A DNA stretch of 28,263 nucleotides from a virus. Lineage: Duplodnaviria > Caudoviricetes. The stretch spans positions 1 through 28,263 of the IMG/VR virus record IMGVR_UViG_3300044728_000153; one strand, written 5' to 3'. A model generated the notes under the pieces. The model was not told the origin of the DNA. It did no database searches and was given only the letters and a program-made list of their open reading frames with translations. The translations under genes and the position numbers were made by a program. Positions 15,116-23,035 of this stretch are shown here, one piece after another (the first letter of the stretch is position 1; each line of letters begins with the position of its first letter).

Positions 15116-17269
15116 ATGTCTGCGCGCACCTTCGATACCGACAAAATCTGCTGGTTCGACTTCGAAACCAGATCGGGTGTCGACCTGCAAAAGGTCGGCG
15201 CCATGCGCTACGCCTGCGACCGCGATGCCGCGGCGATCATCCTGACCTACGCCATCGGCCATAGTCCGACCAAGCTGATCCTCGCGCCGGAGCCGGGCGC
15301 GCCGCTGTCTTGGCACCACCTGCCGCTGGATTTCACCGAGTTCTACTACCGGGTCGAGGCCAGCGCCGCCGCCGGCACCTTTGCGGCGTTCAACGCCGGG
15401 TTCGACCGGGCGATCTGGAACAATGCGCTGCGCGACGCACCGCAGCTGTTCCCGGACATGTGCATCGACCCCTCGGTGCAGGCCACCGCCGCCGGGCTGC
15501 CCCCCGACTTGTCGGGGGCCTGCAAGGCGGCCGGTTCGATCCTCAAGGTCGAGAACGGCAACGAGTATATCAAGCTGTTCTGCATGCCGGACTCCACCGC
15601 TACGCCGCGCAGTCATCCCAGGCAGTGGGCGGCGTTCTGCGGCTACGCGATCGGCGACATCGACGCCATGCGCAGTTTGTTTCTGCGCACCTGCCAGCTG
15701 CCGTTGCGCGAGTGGCAGGAATACTGGGCGGCCGAGGCGATCAACGACCGCGGCATCGGCGTCGACGTCAAGTTCGCCCGCAAGGCGGCCCGGCTGGCCG
15801 GCCACGCCAAGCACCGCGCCGGCAACGAGCTGCGCGAGATCACCACCGGCCACGTCACCGGCGTCACCCAGGTCAGGCCGCTGACCACCTGGCTGTGCAA
15901 TCACCTGCCGCTGGAAGGCATCAACATGCTGACCAAGCGCGAGGAAGAGGAGGACGAGGACGGCAAGATCACCAAGCCGGCCAAGTACTCGCTGACCCGC
16001 GCCAGGATCGAAAAGCTGATCCCCTACTGCCAGGCGATCGGCCACCACAAGGAGTTGCGGGCGCTCCAGATCCGTTTGTATGGCGGCTCGACCACACCGG
16101 CCAAGTACAGCAAGATTCTCGCCCAGCAGGTGCAGGGCACCATCTACGGGCAATATGTCTTTAACGGCGCGCCGCAGACCGGGCGCTTTTCATCTCGGGG
16201 CGTGCAGATCCAGAACCTGGCCCGGGCCTATCTGCCTTACGAGCACGATGCGATCGAGACGATCCTGGCCGGTGCCGACTATGACGAGCTGGCCCGGCTT
16301 GGCGACGACACGCCGGTGCTGCGCAAGCTGGCGTTGCTGATTCGTCCTGCTTTTGTTGCCGCTGACGCGAATCAGTTCGTGGTCAGCGACTTCAGCCAGA
16401 TTGAGGCGCGAGTATTGCCGTGGCTGGTCGGTCCAAAAAGTAAAGGTGCGCTCAAACGGTTGCAGATCTTCCGCGATATCGATGCCGATCCGTCGCTGCC
16501 GGACCTGTACACCCGCACCGCCGCCGATATGTCCCGCGTTGCCGTTACCGATATCAGCAAGATGTTACGGCAGCGCGGCAAGGTGGCCGAGCTGGCGCTC
16601 GGCTTCGGCGGCGGGGTCGGCGCCCTGGCGGCGATGGGTGCCAATTACGGATTGTACCTCCCCGAAGGGGAGGCCAAGCAGGTGGTCGACCAGTGGCGCG
16701 CCGCCAATTCCTGGTGCGTCCGGTTCTGGGGCCGGCACACCGAGGATGAATCCTACGGGTTGTGGGGTGCCGCCAACCGGGCGCTCGAGCAGCCCGAGAC
16801 CAAGCAGACCGTCGGCCGGCTCACCTACATCTACATGCCGCAGATCCTGTACGGCACGCTGTACTGCCAGCTGCCCAGCGGCCGGTGCCTCGCTTACCGC
16901 GGCATCAAATACGAGATGGTCGACGAGCTGGACGACGACGACAAGGTGATCGGCCGCTCGTCCCAGCTACGGTTCTCCAAGGGTTATGGCCGCTCCAAGA
17001 TCTGGCACGGCACCTTGACCGAGAACGTGGTCCAGGCCACTGCCGCCGATATCTTGCGCGGCACGCTGCGGCGGCTTGAACAAGCCGGCATGGGCGTCAG
17101 GCTGCACAGTCACGATGAGGTGTTGATCGAGTGTGCCGAGGAGGATGTGCCGGGCGTGGCGAACTCGTTGCGCCATATCATGCGTAAGGGCTTCGACTGG
17201 ACCGACGGTCTCCCGCTCATGTCCGAGGAAACCATCCAACCTTACTATTCCAAGTGGGAGGGCAAGTGA
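15116..17269 (+). CDS. Phage DNA polymerase, family A, with 3'-5' exonuclease domain
   Basis: ExoI DFET, ExoII FNAGFD, ExoIII YAIGD, TGRFSS, motif A SDFSQIEAR, motif B RQRGKVAELALGFG, motif C HDE. Confidence 0.95.
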   Translation: MSARTFDTDKICWFDFETRSGVDLQKVGAMRYACDRDAAAIILTYAIGHSPTKLILAPEPGAPLSWHHLPLDFTEFYYRVEASAAAGTFAAFNAGFDRAIWNNALRDAPQLFPDMCIDPSVQATAAGLPPDLSGACKAAGSILKVENGNEYIKLFCMPDSTATPRSHPRQWAAFCGYAIGDIDAMRSLFLRTCQLPLREWQEYWAAEAINDRGIGVDVKFARKAARLAGHAKHRAGNELREITTGHVTGVTQVRPLTTWLCNHLPLEGINMLTKREEEEDEDGKITKPAKYSLTRARIEKLIPYCQAIGHHKELRALQIRLYGGSTTPAKYSKILAQQVQGTIYGQYVFNGAPQTGRFSSRGVQIQNLARAYLPYEHDAIETILAGADYDELARLGDDTPVLRKLALLIRPAFVAADANQFVVSDFSQIEARVLPWLVGPKSKGALKRLQIFRDIDADPSLPDLYTRTAADMSRVAVTDISKMLRQRGKVAELALGFGGGVGALAAMGANYGLYLPEGEAKQVVDQWRAANSWCVRFWGRHTEDESYGLWGAANRALEQPETKQTVGRLTYIYMPQILYGTLYCQLPSGRCLAYRGIKYEMVDELDDDDKVIGRSSQLRFSKGYGRSKIWHGTLTENVVQATAADILRGTLRRLEQAGMGVRLHSHDEVLIECAEEDVPGVANSLRHIMRKGFDWTDGLPLMSEETIQPYYSKWEGK

Positions 17270-17694
17270 TGCCCTCACAAACCCATGTCCGCCCGCTGCC
17301 GCCAGGCGTCCGCGCCCGGCTCGACAAGCTGATGCTCATGCTCGGCTCCGTCAATGACAACGAACGTGCGGCGGCGTCGGGGCTGATCACCAGCCTGCTG
17401 CGCGAGCACGGCTTGGATTGGCATGACCTGGTCGGCTCGATCGGCCAGCCGGCGCCGGCGGCGACGCCAAAGCCGCCACCAGCCAAAGCGAAACCGCAGC
17501 CTGGCCCACAGGAGATGACCGCGGTCGAGGTCAAGCAGCTGGTGCATCTGATCCTGCGCAGCCCGCTCAACGATCGCGCGCGCCAGTTCCTGGCCGGCAT
17601 CATGGACCGGGCCGAGATCTACGACGTCGTCAGGTTTTCCGACAAGCAATGGATCTGGATCCGCGATCTGGCGAGAAGGGCAGGTGCAATATGA
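17269..17694 (+). CDS. Hypothetical protein (DUF2786-like N-terminus)
   Basis: TGATG coupling with the polymerase gene; KLMLMLGSVNDNERAAA...GLDWHDL, SDKQWIWI. Confidence 0.7.
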   Translation: MPSQTHVRPLPPGVRARLDKLMLMLGSVNDNERAAASGLITSLLREHGLDWHDLVGSIGQPAPAATPKPPPAKAKPQPGPQEMTAVEVKQLVHLILRSPLNDRARQFLAGIMDRAEIYDVVRFSDKQWIWIRDLARRAGAI

Positions 17695-18179
17695 AATACC
17701 CAGACGAGCCTGGATATAAAGAGGGCGACACGTCGCGCGAAGCGGCCGAGAGCATGAGCCTGCGCGCCGTTAGATTGCGGAAGCGGTGCTATGATTTAAT
17801 ACGCAAATATCCTGGCCACACCGCTGACGAGATCGCTGACCTGGTAGGCGAAAGCCTGCTGGCGATCAGGCCGCGCATCTCCGAGCTGCGGCGTATGCAA
17901 TACGTTCGCAACCACGGACGCGGCAGCAACCGCTCCGGTATGGCGGCCCACCGCTGGGTGGTCTGCGAGGATGTGGATGTAACGACGGAAGCGATTGATG
18001 AAAGATGGGCGGACCTGCGGAGGGACAGTGCCAGGCAGATCCGACGGCGCTACGTCGCGGCCCTTAATGTGTTCATGGATCGTATCGAGTGCGGCGACAA
18101 GCACGCCGCCGGAGAACTTAAGGCCGAACTGGATGAGATGCGGCTGGTGCTGGATCAATCATACGAATGGGTGCGATAG
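17691..18179 (+). CDS. Winged-helix DNA-binding protein
   Basis: ATGA overlap; DTSREAA...TADEIA...IRPRISELRR...SG..A..W. Confidence 0.75.
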   Translation: MKYPDEPGYKEGDTSREAAESMSLRAVRLRKRCYDLIRKYPGHTADEIADLVGESLLAIRPRISELRRMQYVRNHGRGSNRSGMAAHRWVVCEDVDVTTEAIDERWADLRRDSARQIRRRYVAALNVFMDRIECGDKHAAGELKAELDEMRLVLDQSYEWVR

Positions 18180-18181
18180 CG

Positions 18182-19585
18182 ATGCGCGAGAAATCAGAAC
18201 TGCGGCCGTATCAGAACCGTATCGCTACTTCGCTTTATGAATCCGATGAGAAGATCGCGGTCGCTCGGCCGGGCGGCGGCAAGACCGTCGCGGCGTTGAC
18301 CGCGATCGAGGAGCTGATCCGCGACAAACACATCCGCCACGCCCTGGTGATCGCGCCCAAGCGGGTGGCGCGTATGGTATGGCCGGACGAGATCGCGCTA
18401 TGGGCGCATACCAAGGGGTTGTCATATCAGGTGCTGACCGGCACGCCGCAGCATCGCAGCATCGGTCTGGCCGAGGCGCATGCCGGCGTGTTCGACATCA
18501 CCATCGTCGGTATCGACATCGTCGAGTGGCTGCTCGAGCAGCTGGCCAAGCTGCCGGAGGATTCCCGGCTGTTCGACCTGCTGGTGATCGACGAGGTGTC
18601 CAAGCTGCGCGACCCGTCCGGGGTACGCGCCCGGCGCCTGCTCAAGCATGCCAAGCGATGGAAAATGGTCTGGGGCCTGACCGGCACCTTGCGACCGTCA
18701 GGCGCCGAGGATTTGTTTATGCCGGCGACGGTGGTAACCCGCGCTAAATTGTGGGGCAAGTCGTTCTACTCTTGGCGCAAGCAACGGTTCTACCCGATTG
18801 ACTACCAGGGCTACACATGGGCGCCGTTGCCGGGTGCGGAGGAAAGAATCAACGCCGAGCTGGCACCGCTTTGCGTCACCTTGCGCGACGACGAGCTGCC
18901 GCAGCTGCCGGAACTGTCGATCGTCTTTGACCGGATCGAGCTGCCGGCCGCCGCCCGCAAGCAATACGATGACATGGAAGAGCAGCTGCTGTTGCGTGAC
19001 GGCGACGCCACCGTCATGGCCGCCTCCGCTGCCGTCGCCACCGGCAAGTTGGCGCAGATCGCCAACGGTTTCGTCTACGACGATGGCACAACCATCGCCA
19101 TCCATTCGGAAAAGGAGCAATGGGTTCAAGACGTTATCGACGGCGCGGATGGGCCTCTGCTGCTCGTTTACGAGTATCGCGAGGACTTGGAAATGCTGCG
19201 CCGGTTGCTCGGCGAGGATCTTCCTTACCTCGGCGACGGGGTCGCCGATAAGGCATCTGACCAAAACATCACCCGATGGAATGCCGGCGAGCTACCGTTC
19301 ATGGCGCTGCACCCGGCGAGTGGCGGACATGGCTTGAATTTACAACACGGCGGTTCAGACATGGCTTGGATTAGCCCGACCTGGTCACCCGAACTATGGG
19401 AGCAAACAATCGCTCGCCTACATCGTTCCGGGCAGACTAAACCAGTTATCGTCCGTGTCTGTTCGGCAGCCGACACAGTGGACCAGATGAAGATCGACCG
19501 GGTGCACAAGAAAATGACGGCGCAGCAGGCGTTCGAAGCCTACCTGCGCCGTCATCAAGTCGAAGGGATTCTCGTCAACGCCTAG
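18182..19585 (+). CDS. SNF2-like SF2 helicase
   Basis: LRPYQ, PGGGKT, VIAPKRVA, IDEVS, LTGT, HPASGGHGLNLQ, QTIARLHRSGQ. Confidence 0.93.
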   Translation: MREKSELRPYQNRIATSLYESDEKIAVARPGGGKTVAALTAIEELIRDKHIRHALVIAPKRVARMVWPDEIALWAHTKGLSYQVLTGTPQHRSIGLAEAHAGVFDITIVGIDIVEWLLEQLAKLPEDSRLFDLLVIDEVSKLRDPSGVRARRLLKHAKRWKMVWGLTGTLRPSGAEDLFMPATVVTRAKLWGKSFYSWRKQRFYPIDYQGYTWAPLPGAEERINAELAPLCVTLRDDELPQLPELSIVFDRIELPAAARKQYDDMEEQLLLRDGDATVMAASAAVATGKLAQIANGFVYDDGTTIAIHSEKEQWVQDVIDGADGPLLLVYEYREDLEMLRRLLGEDLPYLGDGVADKASDQNITRWNAGELPFMALHPASGGHGLNLQHGGSDMAWISPTWSPELWEQTIARLHRSGQTKPVIVRVCSAADTVDQMKIDRVHKKMTAQQAFEAYLRRHQVEGILVNA

Positions 19586-19797
19586 AGGTTAGCAGCTTTC
19601 TCCAGGCTGAGCACCAGCTGCATGCCGTCGTCGTCGAACTTGTTTTTGATCAGGACTTCGACGATCTGTTCGTTTAATTGAAACAACTGTTCGCGGTTGA
19701 TCCGGTAGCGGGCATGGCTGTCGCCGTCGTTGATGTTGAGGATGATGTCGTTGTGTTGCGGAATGGTGAGGTAGATGAAACGTAGAGGTGGCGCCAT
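19582..19797 (-). CDS. Small hypothetical protein (71 aa)
   Basis: ATG 19797 after GAGGT; converges on the helicase stop. Confidence 0.6.
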   Translation of the reverse strand: MAPPLRFIYLTIPQHNDIILNINDGDSHARYRINREQLFQLNEQIVEVLIKNKFDDDGMQLVLSLEKAANL

Positions 19798-19842
19798 GGT
19801 GAACCTCTTTCGTTTGCGTGAAGCCACCACCATACGCCTCTC

Positions 19843-20037
19843 TTAATCTTGATCCAGTGCGCGCCGCGCAATCCACATGCTGGTGTCGGCGGCGATGTCG
19901 GGCAAGGCGGCGATCTCGCGCAGGGCTTCGCGCAGCTTCTCATTCTTTTCCGCCAACCGCATAAGCTCGCGCAGGCCAATGTTGAGCTGCCGTTCGATCT
20001 CGGTCAGCGCCGTGTACATTTCCTTTTCATGGGACAT
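19843..20037 (-). CDS. Small coiled-coil hypothetical protein (64 aa)
   Basis: NEKLREALREIA...IARRAL, a pattern common in small phage proteins. Confidence 0.65.
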   Translation of the reverse strand: MSHEKEMYTALTEIERQLNIGLRELMRLAEKNEKLREALREIAALPDIAADTSMWIARRALDQD

Positions 20038-20590
20038 CGCGGCGCATCCACTTCAGTTCTGGGTGACTGCTGTACCCATGTTCGAATACCAGCCAGCAAT
20101 AATCGCTTTTGCCACCGCCCACCTTGCCGCCGGCTTTGATGACATGGCCCGGCGGCATCGACGGCCGCGGGGTCAACAGCCATACGTTTTGCAGTGGCGT
20201 GTCATATAGCCAGCGAGCCGCGTTGAGCCGGGCGGTCGGCATGATCAGTGCAACCTTGCGGTCGGCGAGCACCAGCGCGTGCCGGGTGAAGTCTTCAAAT
20301 ACGTCAAAGGGAGGATTGCTGACGATGTTGCTGTGGTTGCGGCTCTCTTCAAAGAAATCCAGCACGCCGCCTTCAAAGCCGCGGTCGACAATGTCGGAGC
20401 CGTAAGCATTGAGATCGGCGTCCCGCGCACTCTGCACGATCCGGCCGAAGCCGCAGGCTGGGTCGTAGACGCCGCCGATGAACTTTTCTTCCTGGAACAG
20501 CCGCTCGCTGACCCAGTGCGGCTCGACGTAGTGTTCGTCGACGCGAGGAAAAGCGGCGGCGCCGGCGGTGTGAGTCCACGGCTGGCTCAT
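20027..20590 (-). CDS. DNA N6-adenine methyltransferase (short, solitary)
   Basis: 187 aa from ATG 20590 (ATGA overlap). SAM-binding YDPACGFG and catalytic NPPF. Confidence 0.85.
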   Translation of the reverse strand: MSQPWTHTAGAAAFPRVDEHYVEPHWVSERLFQEEKFIGGVYDPACGFGRIVQSARDADLNAYGSDIVDRGFEGGVLDFFEESRNHSNIVSNPPFDVFEDFTRHALVLADRKVALIMPTARLNAARWLYDTPLQNVWLLTPRPSMPPGHVIKAGGKVGGGKSDYCWLVFEHGYSSHPELKWMRRDVP

Positions 20591-20799
20591 CGCACGTCCT
20601 CGTTCCACTTCATCCGGCCCTTTATCCACTTGCCGTTGACCGGGTCGTCGCATTCTGTAGCGCGAACCTCCTTGGCCGAGGTCCAGCGCATTTCCAGGTC
20701 GCGGGCGTAGCCGAGCGCCTCTTCCTTGGTGGCGAACCGGGTGGCGTTGTCGTACCACTTGTCGTCGTTGGCGACGCGCACTTCCGGTTTCCAGGCCAT
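20587..20799 (-). CDS. Small hypothetical protein (70 aa)
   Basis: MAWKPEVRVANDDKWYDNATRFATKEEA...; TGATG coupling with the upstream gene. Confidence 0.75.
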   Translation of the reverse strand: MAWKPEVRVANDDKWYDNATRFATKEEALGYARDLEMRWTSAKEVRATECDDPVNGKWIKGRMKWNEDVR

Positions 20800-21089
20800 C
20801 AGGCATTCCCCTCGGTTCGGAGGATCTTCATGTTGTCTTTCATGTGCTTGTCGATGTCGCGGTAGATCCCGCGCATGGCTGCGGCCAGCGCCGGCAGGGC
20901 GCGGCCCGCGGCCTTGTCGATGTGCGTGAACACCTGCGCGGCGCCCATGTAGTAGGTCGCGCGCATGGCATCGATTTGCTCTTCGTCGGTGCCGAGCGAG
21001 CGCATCTGCGCCACGAACACGTTCCATGAATCTTTCAGCGAGCGATCGGGATCGATATCGCCCTGGATGACCTGAATGGTTTCAGTCAT
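20799..21089 (-). CDS. Hypothetical protein (96 aa)
   Basis: GGAG RBS; coupled to both neighbours; MRATYYMGA motif. Confidence 0.7.
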   Translation of the reverse strand: MTETIQVIQGDIDPDRSLKDSWNVFVAQMRSLGTDEEQIDAMRATYYMGAAQVFTHIDKAAGRALPALAAAMRGIYRDIDKHMKDNMKILRTEGNA

Positions 21090-21504
21090 GCGGCTTCTCC
21101 AGCGCCGATTGCAGCTGCGCGATCGCTGCCGCCTTCAGCGCGTTCTGGTCGGCCACCAGCTCGTCGATTGCCGCGGTGGTCGGCGTCGGTGCAGCGTCCA
21201 ACTCGTTAATGGCGTTAACGTAATCTTCGGCGCGGCGGGTCAGTAGACCGATGTTGGCCATCTGCGTGGTCAGCTCGACCAGCATCTTGCGCAGCCGCAG
21301 CGATTCATGCCGGTAACGATCGCGCTCCTCGACCATCATCGCTACCCGGTCGCGCTCGCGGTTCAAGTCGATGCGATACTGCGTGATGGCGTTGTTGGCT
21401 GAGATCAGGTCGTTATGCATTTGGTTGACCTGCGCCAGCGCCGCTACGCGGTAGTCTTTCTCAACGTCGGTCACCGCGTTCTGTCCGTTCGGTCGAGCGT
21501 TCAT
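21082..21504 (-). CDS. Coiled-coil hypothetical protein (140 aa)
   Basis: ATG 21504 after GAGGA; heptad-rich sequence. Confidence 0.7.
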   Translation of the reverse strand: MNARPNGQNAVTDVEKDYRVAALAQVNQMHNDLISANNAITQYRIDLNRERDRVAMMVEERDRYRHESLRLRKMLVELTTQMANIGLLTRRAEDYVNAINELDAAPTPTTAAIDELVADQNALKAAAIAQLQSALEKPHD

Positions 21505-21536
21505 GGGTTCGTCCTCGGTTATATTTGGGAAAGGGT

Positions 21537-21567
21537 AGCTACTGCGCCGCGGCGCGACGCAGTAGCT
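21537..21567 (-). terminator. Hairpin over the end of the cro-like gene
   Basis: AGCTACTGCG/CGCAGTAGCT perfect 10-bp inverted repeat. Confidence 0.4.
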
Positions 21568-21811
21568 TGGCTGCGGACACAGTACCTTTCGCCGCCTTTT
21601 TCGGAGCCTGGCGCATAGGCCATAGAGTATCCGGCGCATCGTGGCCGATCTCCTGCAACGCATCTTTAAGTAGCCGGTAAGTGTCTGCGGGGAATTGCTT
21701 TCCCGCCCGCCAGTTGTAGACGCCATTGACCGAGGTTCCGGTCAGCTCGGCCATCGTCTCGATGCCGCCGAGCGCGTTGATGATGTCCGAAGTGGTGCGT
21801 AGGGTTGTCAT
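21539..21811 (-). CDS. Cro-like HTH regulator
   Basis: SDIINALGGIETMAELTGTSVNGVYNWRAGKQFP; first gene of the leftward operon. Confidence 0.85.
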   Translation of the reverse strand: MTTLRTTSDIINALGGIETMAELTGTSVNGVYNWRAGKQFPADTYRLLKDALQEIGHDAPDTLWPMRQAPKKAAKGTVSAAKLLRRAAAQ

Positions 21812-21883
21812 GAATCAGTCCTATCTCAACATTTTTGACAATACAAGTTGCATCTCAAAATAGTTGATTTACACTGGTGCGCA
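21812..21883. promoter_or_regulatory. Back-to-back promoters with two TCAA-N5-TTGA operator-like palindromes
   Basis: Leftward TTGTAT-17-TAGGAC; rightward TTGCAT-16-TACACT; palindromes at 21826-21838 and 21855-21867. Confidence 0.7.
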
Positions 21884-22060
21884 ATGGACGATCAGGAAGC
21901 CCAGCTGCGCGAACTGATGCTGCTCGACGCCAAGGTGTTTCGGGTGCGTAATCAGATTGCGGAGAAGACCGACCCACAATCGAAAGAGAAGGCCCGCAAC
22001 CGGGCCAAAGCCGCTAAAGTGAAACCCGCCGATAACCCAACAGAGGAACCACCCCAATGA
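21884..22060 (+). CDS. Small hypothetical protein (58 aa), probably leaderless
   Basis: ATG 8 nt after the TACACT -10 box, no RBS; ATGA-coupled to the next gene. Confidence 0.6.
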   Translation: MDDQEAQLRELMLLDAKVFRVRNQIAEKTDPQSKEKARNRAKAAKVKPADNPTEEPPQ

Positions 22061-22722
22061 GCCGACTTCTTGCCGTCACAGCCGTGGCGGCGCTTTTGCT
22101 TACTGCATCTGCTAAGGCCGACATCGTTCTCGATACCACCGGCCTCGGTGGCACCGGCACGAACGTGGTCTTCAGTTCCATCTTCGACAACCGCCTCATC
22201 CTCGGCCGCCTCAACGGCCAGCATGACGAGGTCGTAAGATTCAGGGACTTAACTCCTACGCAAGATCCGTTGAATCCGTTCACCGGGTCGCAATCCGGTA
22301 ACGATATTAAAATTTTTAACACCGAAGACCTCGATATCACGGTGTTCAACTCGCTGAACTTGACCCAGCTTGCTGTTACCAGGGATGTGTTCAGTTTGGT
22401 GGGAACAGCCGGCGCGACCATCCTGTTCAGGGTGACGGCACTGGAAGCGGATGGCACCTTCAAGGACTTCCTGTTCAGCGATGTCTTGAAATCCGGCCAG
22501 AACGGCTACGACTTCACCGCCATCAACGGTGAAGCGATCTGGGATCTAGACTTGAGAGTTGTCGGCGGGCGGATTAGCGACTTTGAGCACTTCCGCATCG
22601 ACGTGGCTCCCGCCGCTGCGGTTCCCGGTCCGATTGCCGGCGCCGGCCTGCCCGGCTTGGTGGCGGCGATGCTTGGCATGTTCGGTCTGCACCGCCGGCG
22701 ACGGCAGCGGCAGCTGACCTGA
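22057..22722 (+). CDS. Exported protein with PEP-CTERM/VPLPA-CTERM-like sorting tail
   Basis: Signal peptide MSRLLAVTAVAALLLTASAKA; C-terminal VPGPIAGAGLPGL, a hydrophobic helix, then HRRRRQR. Confidence 0.85.
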   Translation: MSRLLAVTAVAALLLTASAKADIVLDTTGLGGTGTNVVFSSIFDNRLILGRLNGQHDEVVRFRDLTPTQDPLNPFTGSQSGNDIKIFNTEDLDITVFNSLNLTQLAVTRDVFSLVGTAGATILFRVTALEADGTFKDFLFSDVLKSGQNGYDFTAINGEAIWDLDLRVVGGRISDFEHFRIDVAPAAAVPGPIAGAGLPGLVAAMLGMFGLHRRRRQRQLT

Positions 22723-22730
22723 CCAAGCAA

Positions 22731-22758
22731 GGCCCCGGCGGTATGTGCTGCCGGGGCC
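22731..22758 (+). terminator. Hairpin after the PEP-CTERM-like gene
   Basis: GGCCCCGGC/GCCGGGGCC 9-bp stem that can extend with G-U pairs. Confidence 0.55.
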
Positions 22759-23035
22759 AGCTTCAAAAATGCAAAAAAATTTTGCGGGGGCTAAACGGTG
22801 CTGTGGGTTTTGTTAATAGGATCGGTTTGAGGACGACCGACTTGGGTTACGTCACACGGTGCGTGCCGATGCAGAGCACCGGCACGGTAGTATCTGGTCA
22901 CCGATGAGCATCCGGCAAATGCTGCCGATCGGCCGGCATCTGCGGGCCTGCGTTGTCTGCGGCTATCCGATCACCGCGATCAGCACCGAGCTGACGGTGC
23001 ATGAACTGATATGTCTCAAGCTAATGCCGGATGAT

